NCBI RefSeq assembly: GCF_009914755.1
Contig: NC_060937.1
Direction: 5' to 3' (one strand)
Length of the DNA: 64,000 nucleotides
Source of the DNA: the human T2T-CHM13v2.0 reference genome, Homo sapiens
Part shown: positions 1-19,312 of the stretch, in pieces
Position numbering within the stretch: position 1 is the stretch's first letter
How the letters are laid out: each line of letters begins with the position of its first letter
The notes under the pieces: model-generated
Database searches by the model: none
What the model was told of the DNA's origin: nothing
The model's input: only the letters and a program-made list of their open reading frames with translations
Translations under genes and position numbers: made by a program

Positions 1-7100
<7,100 letters not shown>

Positions 7101-7529
7101 ATATCCTGCCAGATTGTTAAGTATGTAGACATCAGGTCAGAATTCAGAAGACAGACTTCTTCATCTCCTCTTGAATGGCATCCCCAGTCAATTGAGAGCT
7201 GAGTCAAAAGAAAAACCACAAATGGTAAAGACAAGGTCAAGGAAGTGAATTCATTTGAAGTAGACGAAGACCCAACAATTCATACATAACAGCAGTGTTA
7301 CAATGAAAATAATTTAAGTGTTTTAAACCTTGATGTTCAAATAGCAATATAGCTCACAAAAACTAGATGACATAAAGTGTGAGGATGGTAATTATCTGTC
7401 TTTAATATAAAAGAGTAAATTGATACTTTCTAAAATTGAAATGTTTAGTTAATTATGTAACACTTTGTTGTTTTATTCATAATTATTTTTTAAGCCTCAT
7501 AGAGATTTTTAATTAGAAAAAAGCCCTTT

Positions 7530-7823
7530 GGCCGGGCACGGTGGCTCATGCCTGCAATCCCAGCACTTTGGGAGGCTGAGATGGGTGGATCCCTTGGTCA
7601 GGAGATCGAGACCATCCTGGCTAACACGGTGAAACCCCGTCTCTACTAAAAATACAAACAATTAGCTGGGTGTGGTGGCGGGTGCCTGTAGTCCCAGCTA
7701 CTGGGGAGACTGAGGCAGGAGAATGGCCCGAATGCAGGAGGCGGAGCTTGCAGTAAGCCAAGATCACGCCACTGCACTCCAGCCTGGGCGACTGAGCAAC
7801 ACACAGTCTCCAAAAAAAAAAAA
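7530..7823 (+). mobile_element. Alu (AluY/Sc-like)
   Basis: ggccgggcacggtggctca...atcgagaccatcctggctaacacgg; A tail; TSD aaaagccctt. Confidence 0.95.
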
Positions 7824-8179
7824 AGCCCTTCATGTGGTAAAGAAAGTCATCTGAAGTTTTAAAAATTTTTTTATTGTTTCATGCCCTTTTCTTTATTTTC
7901 TGTTAAATGTGAGTAAAATTACATTTGATGCTTTTTATTTAAAATAAAATTTAGTATGAGTTTCTTCTATCCTTCTTTATTCCCTCTTTCTTCCCTTCTC
8001 CTTTATTACCTTCTCTTACTCTCCATAAAAAGATATCTAATGTTTATTGTTATTTATTGTGTTACTTTTGGGTAGTAGAATTTTAAGTCTTGTACTTTCT
8101 GTTTCCCTACAGTTTATGAATTTCTATGTTGTATATGATTTAACACAACCAATTAAATAATTATGAAAAATGAGTTAAA

Positions 8180-9199
<1,020 letters not shown>

Positions 9200-9399
9200 T
9201 AAATTACCTTATATAGAACAATTTCCATTGTATTCCTCTCATCCTGTCATTTATATCTGTGTGTCATATATGGATTTATATGCATAGTAATTAATCTGTA
9301 TATAAAATGATATTTATAATGATTATGTCTGGGTTGAAGAATTATGGGGTTTCTTTTCTTTCTTTATTGTTTTCTTTACTGTTTTCATATATACTCTGA

Positions 9400-9723
<324 letters not shown>

Positions 9724-10395
9724 TAAGAAGTATCTTTGGCCATCCCACAAAAAGATTGTTTTGTGAAGAAAGAAATTTAAATACATTTCAGTGGAATGTA
9801 TAGTAAGCTAATACATCTATAATGTGCATGATTACAAGATTCTGTAAAAAAAAATAGATTACACTGTCGATCCATGTGGGCAGAAATCCTGTCAAACTCA
9901 AGATATAAAGCAAATCAGCACTAAAAACTGAGGTCTCTAGATCTTAAAGGTAATTATGATGTTAGTTTTTCCAGTAAATGTCCCACTGAAGCCTTTCCTG
10001 AACTAAACCCACAGAGCTAGGTCTTTCATTAGAAGTCCTATAAGGAACAAAATCATGTGATGTACAGGGCCAGTGCACCATTTCCTGCCTAAGATGATGG
10101 ATGGCGTTTTTTTTTTTTGTTTTTTTTTTTTTTTATCTCTTGACTGCTGTGCAACAAAATGTACTGGTAAGTATTGTTTTAAAGAAAACTACAGGAGGAA
10201 GTTGACTCATCTCTACTGTGGTGTATGCACAGCATCTTCAAGTTTCCCCCGAACCTAGAATTAAGCATCTGTATAAACGTTTGCATTGGAGGAGATAATC
10301 AAGAGGGCATGGATTTCTTCGGTAGCTGAAGTAGTAGTGGCACAGTTAAGAGAATATTCTAAATTTCAGATAGCCTACTTAATTAATTAGTTCAC

Positions 10396-10674
10396 TTTTT
10401 TGAGACCAGGTCTCACTCTGTTGCTCAGGCTAGAGTGCAGTGGCACAAGCTCACTGCAGCCTTGATCTCCAGGAATCAAGTCATTCTCCCCTTCTTGAGT
10501 AACTGGGGACTATAGGAGCCTGCCACTATGCCCAGCTAATTTTTTTTTTTTTTTAAGTAGAGATGAAGTCTTGCTGTGTTGCCCAGGCTTATCTCAAACT
10601 CATGAGTTCAAATGAGCCTCCTGCCTTGGCCTCCCAAACTGCTGGGATTACAGGCATGAGGCACTGAGCTGGCC
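10396..10674 (-). mobile_element. Alu (AluJ-like)
   Basis: Diverged antisense Alu. Confidence 0.9.
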
Positions 10675-11119
10675 TTTAGATAGACTAATTTAGACATATG
10701 TTTACCAGCTCCTTGTAGCAGAGATCTATTTCAAGGCCAATGCTTTGTCATTTGTTCTTTCCTGATTGGGAGCAAAGGAACACTTAAGGCCTCCTTTTCT
10801 TGGGCGAGGCTTGAGTTGGAAGAGATTTAAACCTTCCCTTCCATAGTCCCATAATACTCATTAGCCCTGTATTTTTTTTAAATAGCCATTTGACCTTTTT
10901 CAGTCATATTTAAGTGTTTTGCAAACACAGCTGCAGAACAGATGCCCTAGCTTCCTTTTGAGTTTAGGTCATTTTGCTTTTTCCTTCCCTGGACTGAGGC
11001 AGATAGGGTGAGGGTATCAACAATCCTGTGTCTTTTGTTATGGAGTGTGGCTCTTGGAGGCTAATGTTAGAAGAGACCTTTTGCAGATGAATGGTACGGA
11101 CATAAATGGTTCATTTGAT

Positions 11120-11540
11120 TTCTGTATTAATTATGGTAACAGTAGCTGCCATAACTGATAAATAATGAAATTCTAGTCACTTACCAGGCTAGTAGTTTAT
11201 TTCATGTTCACTTAAAATCCAAATAGGTTTTCCCAAGCAGTTGATTATCTTACAGTGATTTAGAGACCCAGGCAGCTTCTCCCACCTTGTAGCTCCATTG
11301 TCTTCCTTCTGTGGATTCTGTGTTGCTGGCTTGGGGAAAGAGCATGGAAAATGTGCATGAGTGCTTTTCCTGTGGGTCAGGACTAAAAATAATCTACAAC
11401 TTTTCTCTTCACATTTTATTGGCTAGAACTCAGTTAAATAGTCACACTTAGCTATAAGAGAGGCTGGAAATGTAATACAGATGTGGACCAAGGAAGAAAG
11501 GAACCAGAGTTTAGTGATTACTTTGTCAGGCTGTGTCACA
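11120..11540. mobile_element. MaLR MLT1-like LTR fragment
   Basis: cacattttattggctagaactcagt...gaggctggaaatgta motif. Confidence 0.6.
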
Positions 11541-11571
11541 GTTGCCAATCCAGAGAACAATAGAAAATTGA

Positions 11572-11927
<356 letters not shown>

Positions 11928-12630
11928 AGATCTTGAATTCTAAGGAAGTGACACAAATGAGAGGCCTGTAGTAATTCTTGAGCTAGAGCTAAGAGTTCCA
12001 GGAGGCCTTTAATGGAACCTTCTATCCTGAGTATGGGTGTGGGAGGGACACAATTAAATCAGGCAACATTAAGTAGAAAGATATTTTTTAAATCCATTGG
12101 TAGACCACAAATACAAGCAATGATGAACTCTCTTTAATTATGCAGAATTATTTTGTTTTATGACACCAAAATTAAGCTAGAGTATTTATTTTTAACCATA
12201 GTTTTAGTTCTTGATATTAAGGTTTGTTACAGCCTATGTTATAAACTTTGAATTTGTACAGGCATGATTTAAAAATTATGTGGTCTGTATGTTAGGGGAT
12301 ACCAATAATTTTAACCCAATAAAATAACTTCAAAATAGTTATTTGAAATTTGAAAATAATAACAATGACATGTATGTAATATTCCATAATTTGTACATTT
12401 CACATTTTAGTTCACACAGATATTTTATTTGAAAAGTTTTTAACTAATAGTCTTGGAACTTTAGGATACAGTTGTGTTACAAACTGTTGTTTCTATAGAT
12501 GGAAGTTCATGAAAATAATTACTTGTATTATTCTGTATCTGCTTATAAATTGTTCTCTCTTATCTAAAAGTCATGTGATCGGAGAATCCAATGTGTTTCA
12601 TGGTGTTTTATTTTTCCTCCTTCTCTCCAG

Positions 12631-12739
12631 GAGAAAAGTTGAAATTATGCACACCCATAGTCTTTTCACTCTTCTTGGAGAAAGGCTGATGTTGCATACA
12701 AACACTGTGACTGTCACCACATACAACACACTTTATGAG
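12631..12739 (+). CDS. NBEA: NBEA coding exon, 109 nt (RKVEIMHTHSLFTLLGERLMLHTNTVTVTTYNTLYE)
   Basis: Polypyrimidine tract ttcctccttctctccAG; donor GAG|gtaaaa; peptide recognised as neurobeachin; ends in phase 0, matching the next exon. Confidence 0.95.
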
Positions 12740-14105
12740 GTAAAAATAAAAAATGTGTGATGAAAGTTTTAAGTGTATACAGTGGAAACCCTCTTAATCT
12801 ATGCAATTGAGATGAGTAGTTGGTCTGTTAATCTAAAAGCTAATTAAACCAGAAAATGGTTTAATGGTAAAAAATGAATATATACCTTATATTTTTATTT
12901 TATTTTAAAACATATCCATGTACAATTTTTGCCAATTTCTTTATGTCGATCCAAGAGCTTTTCTTCTTGTATGGGTTGGCTGACTGGCTTCACACAAAGT
13001 CTTTCTCACATAAACTACATCCGTTATGTAGTATTAGTTCTGCTTCCCCATCCCCACCCCTCTGTTTTTATCCTCTCGTTCCTACTCTCTCTCTTTCTGC
13101 TTCTATTAGCTATCCACTGCCAGTATTAAGCTGGAGTTGCTACTGGGATAAATTTCGGTAAGAATTATTTGTAAAAATGATATCTGGAAGCATCTTTGGA
13201 TCTCATCATTTCAATTTAGAGGTTCCTTTTTTATCACTTCCAACAAATGGGACAGTTTTGGGTTCAGTATTTTCTAGGAAATAGGTATACTACCTCACAG
13301 GGTGGCTACTTTCATTTTTAAATGCTAGTAAAATGTTAGTAATGTCCCCTTACATTAACCTTAACTCTGCTTTCCTATAACTGATCTTCAGTGGTCCCAG
13401 TTCTTTTTCTCTAGCACAAGAGCTAACTGCCAGCATCCATTTTTGTATGGCTCTAAGTTAAGGAAGCTTTTTATATTTCTAAATGGTTGAAAATAATCAA
13501 AAAAAGAATAATATATGAGTTGTAAAATGTATAGGATTTTCAAATTTCAGCGAACACAGTCACACTCATTTGTTTAGCTGTTGCGTGTAGCTGCTTTTGT
13601 GCCACGACCGCAGAGTTAAAGAGTTGTAACAAGAATATTTGTTATGCTCTCCTCACCTTGCACTGTTGCTTGGCAAACTAGAAATTACGGTGATGTAATA
13701 CCTCAACAGTGTTTCATGTACCACTTGTATTGCCAAACCTAAGTTTTCTGCTTTTAAATACCAGTGCATACCCATCATGTCAAAACAAGAAAAGAAAAGT
13801 GGATTTTTAATCTCACACTTTGAAATACAGCAGAGTGTAGATTATTTTGTTATAGATTTAGATGGCAAGGCCTTGCGTCTGTTATACAAGGGCATTATAG
13901 TCATGCTAAGAGAAGACTTACAGGTACTACTAAATATCCATAATATTATTCCTAACTCAGAAGAGCAGTGGTCAGAAAACATTAAACAGAATATCTCATC
14001 ATTGTAGATTTCTTTATAAAAATGTTTTAAAAATAAAAATGAGAGACATTGAGAAAGGGAGATGCTAAGCTTCTGAATGGAATTGTACTATAATTTTGAA
14101 TTAAC

Positions 14106-14285
14106 CTGTAATCTCAGCTACTTGCGGGGCTGAGGCAGGAGGACTGCTTGATCCCAGGAGGTCTGCTAGATCCCAGGAGGTCAAGGCTGCACTGAGCTGA
14201 GATCGCGCCACTGCACTCCAGCCTGAGTGACAAAGTGAGACCCTGTCCCCTTCAAAAAAAAAAACAAAAAAAAAAACAAAAACAA
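14106..14285 (+). mobile_element. Truncated Alu (right monomer) with A tail
   Basis: cctgtaatctcagctact...gcactccagcctgagtgacaaagtgagaccc followed by an A-rich tail. Confidence 0.9.
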
Positions 14286-14489
14286 ATTTACACTTCTCTA
14301 ATACTGTTTCTTTTCATGTAAGCCATGGAACAGATCAAGTCAATTGCAGATTTTGCACAGTCCTCAAACAGGATAGGTTTTACATTTTTAAATGATGGGG
14401 GAAAAAGTGTATTTTGGGATGTGTTCAATTATATGAAATTCAAATTTCGGTCTCTGCAAATAAAAGTTTTTGTTTCTTTGGGTTCTTTT

Positions 14490-14975
14490 AAGGAAAAGTA
14501 CAGAGAGTTATTGCAAAGAGAAAAGTACACACTCAGGAAAGGGGAGTGTGGGTATACTTAAGAGAGAGTTGCATGCAAGGGTTTTTGGGGCTGCTACCTT
14601 TATGAATTTCTTCTAACCAAGGGATGGATGGAATATTCATAAAGATTACAGTAAAAGGGTAGATATTTCCCAGAACTGTGATGCTATCTAGTTTTACTCC
14701 AAATATGGGTGTTCCTGGAACCATTATGGTGCTGGTGAGTGTGTGATTTAGTATGTCAGTGAGTGTATAATGAGGTCCTAGGTGAACCTCCATCAAATCC
14801 AGTGCCATACTGGGTGCAGTTAGCCTTAGCTATCTTGGCTCTCATCCTGGCTTTTCAGGGTCTTGTCAACCCCTAGTTTCTGAAGCTATTTCAACAGTTT
14901 CCTTTTGCTAGTCATGCGAAACTGCTGCCTGGAGTTTTTTGTTCTCCTGCAACCACCCTTATTATTCCTGTTTCA
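14490..14975 (-). repeat. 3' LTR portion (U3-R) of the ERV1 element
   Basis: - strand starts TGAAA at 14975 directly after the polypurine tract; ends about 20 nt after an AATAA(c) poly(A)-like signal. Confidence 0.82.
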
Positions 14976-14990
14976 TTTCCCCTTCCCCTT
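14976..14990 (-). other. Retroviral polypurine tract
   Basis: - strand AAGGGGAAGGGGAAA abutting the TG start of the LTR. Confidence 0.85.
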
Positions 14991-15149
14991 CAGAGATGTC
15001 CATCTCTTATTCTTATGGGCTGATGAGGGAGAAGGTCGGTCTTCTTTATCTACTTCCTGCTGATTAGAGATGTTGGCCCTGCCTGGCAAGGGTATGGAAA
15101 TCTTTGGCTGCCTGGCCTGAGGGTTCTAAGGGTGAGTCATCAGGAGACT

Positions 15150-15501
15150 CTGAATCCAAAGCAGGGATTGGAATCATTGCATGACCATCATTTTGACATG
15201 GAACTGTTGTAATGTAAAAGACACAAAATTTACAAGGAGGTTAAACAAGTAAGGACAAAGATTCATAGTAATAAGAGAGCTATTAAAGGTCGAAGGAAGG
15301 AGGAACCATGTCACAGTTGGTAGGTATCCTTTGATGGAGTCCCAGATGGTTTGAGCAGTGGGATTATATTGAAATTATGTAGCCAGGTAGCCTGTTAGTA
15401 AATCTTTTGAACTTTCAGTTCAACTAATCCTGAATTGTTAATATAAGAACAACAGGTGTGGTTTATTACTGTGCAAACCCCTCTTTGTTCAGCCAGAACA
15501 T
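15150..15501 (-). pseudogene. ERV env transmembrane-subunit remnant
   Basis: - strand reads VLAEQRGVCTVINHTCCSYINNSGLV: end of the immunosuppressive domain plus the CX6CC motif. Confidence 0.88.
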
Positions 15502-16843
15502 AAAGCCTCTTGTTGTTTCCTTGACCATTCAAGTAGTTCATGCTTTGGCACGGTTAGAGCTTCATACAGTAGCTTAGCAATGAGCCTAAATCATGGGATC
15601 AAAATCTTGCAAATTCCTGTCATACCCAGGAAAGTTTTGAGTTGCTTCTTCGGTTGTAGAGGCCTGACCTTTAAGATAGCTTCCTTTTGTTCGATGGACA
15701 TGGTGTAGTTTCTTGGGCTTAGGATGTACCCCAGATATTTTACTTCCAGTTTAGAAGTCTGGGCCCTGGGTGGAGAGACTGGATACCCTTTCTCCCAGGA
15801 AGTTTAGAACTTGAATAACATTCTTATCTGAGGCCTCTTTAGTGGGTCTGCATACAAGGATGTCATCCACATATTGGCGTGTGGCTTCCCTTTCTGGCTC
15901 TAGTTCCCTTAATTCTCTTGCCAAGGCATTTCTGAACAAGTGATGGCTATCCCTAAAGCCCGGAGGCAGTACAGCCCAGGTATACTGCCAGGAAATACTA
16001 TTTTCAGGATTAGTTCGCTCAAAAGCAAACAAATAGTGACAGTCAAGGCATAAAGGGATACAAAAGAAAGCATCTTTAAGATCTAATATCATTAACCAAT
16101 TGGTGTCTTCTGATATTTGGGTAAATGTGGTAGAAGGATTTGGCACTTTAGGATGTAAGGGAATTACAGCCTCATTAATGGTTCATAAGCCTTGAACTAG
16201 ACAATATTCTTCATTTTGTTTTTGGACAGGGAGGACAGGACTATTACAAAGAGACTGACATGGAACTGGGAGGCCATGTTTTAAAAACTTCTTAATTACA
16301 GGTTAGAGTCCTCACCTGGCTTCTTGTTTGAGGAGATATTGATGCTTATGTGGGAAATTATTTTTGTCTTTTAAAGAGATGATCACTAGCTGACCATGTA
16401 TTACTTTCCCAGGAGTTTCTTGGTCTCATACTTGTGGTTCCATTTCCAGATCTTACTTTGGAAGGAATCTTCTGTTTGTCTGATACTGGTATCGAAAAAA
16501 CAAGCATTGCCAATACTTGAAAGAAATGTTTCCCAGGGCCTGATAAACATAAAGTGACTCCAACTGTGGCCAGGAAATCCCATTCCAATAAAGAAATGGG
16601 ACATAGAGTTTTGTAGCCTGCAGCTCAGGGGTAAGGTAAAGCGTTTTGATTTTGGAGTGTCATCAACATCCATGACAATGCAGTTATTGGAAGATAAGGT
16701 CCAAGAGTGGCCTTTAGGACAGAGTAACTTGCCCCTGTATCAATTAAGGAATTAATATTATTTCCTGCCATGTCGAGTTACCCAAAGCTCCTTAGTTGTG
16801 AGGACCATGCTTTTGTGGGAGCCGCCAGGAACGTTGGGTCCCT
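15502..16843 (-). pseudogene. ERV pro-pol remnant (protease + RT; RNase H and integrase missing)
   Basis: LIDTGASYSVL protease active site (~16733-16741); RT motifs LDLKDAFF, LPPGFRDS, QYVDD in ORF 15751..16146; KQLKTFLGMTG thumb region; stops and frameshifts. Confidence 0.92.
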
Positions 16844-18326
16844 TCAGTCCTCAGTTATAACCATTATGGCCTCAAGTTTCCTTCTCTCCCTTTGGAGCTG
16901 AGGGCATTCCCTTTTCCAGTGGCCCTCCTGCTTGTAGTGAGGACAGGGTCTGGTTGGGCTCCCTTGGCTGGGACAGGTATTGCGCCTGTGTCACAGCTCC
17001 CCACACTTGAAGCAGCAACCATTACCTTTAAGTTTTCTGGTAGGTCTGCTTGGTCCATGGGTGAAGCATCCCTCTGGGTGACTCTGAGGTTGCAGGATGC
17101 TGCTTATAGTGACTGCTATCATTTGGGCCTGCTGCTGTCTCATTGTTTGCCATGCTAGGTCCTTTCAGCATATTCAGCCCTATCTCTATTATTGAATACC
17201 ACAAAAGCCACATCAAGCATTTGATTAATAGGCATTTGGGATCCCAAAGCCAATTTCTGTGGTTTTCTTCTGATGTCAGGTGCTGACTGGCTGATAAAGT
17301 GTGTCCCGAGTAAAGTTTGGCAAGCATCAGTATGGGGGTCAATGTTAGTATATTTTCTTAGGGCCTCCACAAGGCATCTCTGGAACAAAGCTGGGTTTTC
17401 ATCCTTTCTTTATTTCCCTTATTTTATCATAGTCCACAGGCTTGGTGTTACATTTTTTCATTCCCTTCACTAAACAAGTCACCATATGATTTCTTTTTCT
17501 TAGATCAACTTGGCCCTGTTGATAGTTCCAGTTAGGGTCATTGTTAGGCACAGATGTGGCCCTCATACCATATTCTTCAGAGTCCCCAGATGACAGATTG
17601 TTAGCATAAGCCTGGGCCTCTGCCCAAATATGCTGCTTTTCTTCAGGGGTGCAACACATGGACAAGATGTTATGAATATCTCCCCAAGTTAACTCAAATG
17701 AGAGTGAGAAAGCCCAGAATTCCTTCATGAATTTAGTTGAAAATCAAAGGTACATGCACCTGATGAATGATCCCAGCATCCCCATTGGCTACCTCCCTAA
17801 GTGGACATAACTTAGAATGGTCCCTTAGGAGGGTAGGAAACACCACTGCAGGTGACCCCAGCAGGGCTCAGTTCCCTTGGTAGGGAAGGTTATATAGGAT
17901 GTTAAGGAGGCGGACTAGTAGGAGTCTGGGTGCTGGAGACAGTGGAACTAGGAGAAGACTGAGGACTTAAAGGTGGAGCTGGGTAAGAGGGAGAAGCTGT
18001 GGGTGCCAGACTGTGTCTGGGTCAGGAGGTGAGGGAAGGCTCTGGATTAGTTATTTGATATTTCCTAATTCCAACTAATTAGTTGTTTGATATTTTCCAA
18101 AAGGGGATCATTTAGGATATCTGGTTCCCCATTTGGTTCCCTTAAAGGAAAGGGTGTGAGTATAACAGAGGCAGGAATTCCTACAAAGCTCAGGGTTTTG
18201 ATAAAGAGCTATGAAGGCCTGTACATACAATATTTGAGTCCATTTCTTCTGATGTTCACAAAAAACGATCTAATTACAAGATGGTATTAAAATTTAGGGT
18301 CCTGTTCTTTGGCTGTTGCACCCCAT
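16844..18326 (-). pseudogene. ERV gag remnant with two zinc knuckles
   Basis: MA-like KWTQILYVQAF; CA/MHR YDKIREIKK..ENPALF..LVEALRKYT..FISQSAPDIRRK; NC CFKCGEL*HRRNTC and CPHYKQEGHWKREC; GAC-TGA gag stop at 16844-16846. Confidence 0.9.
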
Positions 18327-18408
18327 TTTCTGAAAGAGAGTTACCCTTGGCTTTGACTTGTTCTTGGGACAACCAACTGCCAGTGATTCTAAAATGAGGC
18401 TGATGATG

Positions 18409-18426
18409 CTCCAGGCTGGCTCATCA
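18409..18426 (-). other. Primer binding site, tRNA-Arg type
   Basis: - strand TGATGAGCCAGCCTGGAG matches 15/18 of TGGCGAGCCAGCCAGGAG (complement of the tRNA-Arg(ACG) 3' end), located just after U5. Confidence 0.75.
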
Positions 18427-18431
18427 TAAAG

Positions 18432-18651
18432 ATAATACTGGTGGGCTGGGCGAGGTTTCCAAACACTGGTGGGACCTTGACCCCAGCTGGTGTTCGGGCT
18501 CTTGATAATAGGAGTTCAAGGATGAGTCACAAAATAGTGATAGCATGGAGATTTCTTGCAAAGAGAAAAGTACAAACTCAAGAAAGGGGAGTGTGGGTGT
18601 ACTCAAGAGAAAGAGTTGCATGCAAGGGGGTTTAAGGCTGCTTCCTTTATG
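18432..18651 (-). repeat. 5' LTR portion (R-U5 only)
   Basis: 18548-18651 aligns with 14503-14604; no U3 homology beyond 18651. Confidence 0.82.
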
Positions 18652-19099
18652 CACAAATAAAGTTTTATAGAACATAACTCATTAAGTAAAGTCCATTGGT
18701 CACTTGACACTACAGAGTTGAGTAGTTGTAATGGAGATTATATGATCCACAAATCTTAAAATACTATCTGATCTTATCTATAAAAAGTTTGTTGACCACT
18801 GCTCTACAGCAGCACAGAGAAATTTAACTCCCCTCTGTTGTTCTTTTTATTACAAGCTGTATTATAGTCTTCTGTCAGAATTAATATTCATCATTGCAAA
18901 AACTTGGAAAATGTAGAAAAGCACCAAAATAAAATTTAGCAAATACTGATTAATACTTAAGAATATATATATATATTTCTCAACTCATACACATATGCAC
19001 ACAGAACTTTTATAAAATGTTATCCTAAATATAGTTTTCTTGTCCAGCTTTTTGCACTTATAATTACAAATATATTTATCACAAAATATTTATCTATAG

Positions 19100-19312
19100 C
19101 TGGGAAGGCAAACTTTTCTGGTAAAGGGACAGATAGTAATATTTCAGGCTTTGTGGGCTATACAGTATCTGTCACAACTACTCAAATCTGTTGTAGCTCA
19201 GAAGCAGCCATAGACAGTATGAACCAGACAGGCTGTGTACCAGTAAAACTGTATTACAGAAACAGGTGGCAGGCTAGATTTAGCCCACAGGCCATAGTTT
19301 TCTGACCCCTGC
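19100..19312. mobile_element. MER58A DNA transposon
   Basis: ggcaaacttttct..aaagggacagatagt...gccatagttttctgacccctg. Confidence 0.8.

Larger units (their letters stand above)
14467..18652 (-). mobile_element. ERV1 (gammaretrovirus-like) element, internally deleted, with RNA-genome architecture (R-U5...U3-R-polyA)
   Basis: gag, protease, RT and env-TM remnants on the - strand; partial LTRs that overlap only in R; PBS and PPT visible; flanking direct repeat. Confidence 0.9.
13413..18803 (+). mobile_element. hAT-Charlie MER58B/Cheshire-like DNA transposon, interrupted by an Alu monomer and the ERV1 element
   Basis: MER58-like termini; degenerate transposase N-terminus (MSKQEKK..SVDYFVIDLDGKAL, 13777-14007); consensus ...aaattcaaatttc..aaataaagtttta..gaaca... 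resumes after the ERV. Confidence 0.75.

Noticed and set aside
15751-17728. ERV ORFs as a functional or domesticated gene
   Set aside because: Fragmented by stops and frameshifts; integrase and most of env are absent.
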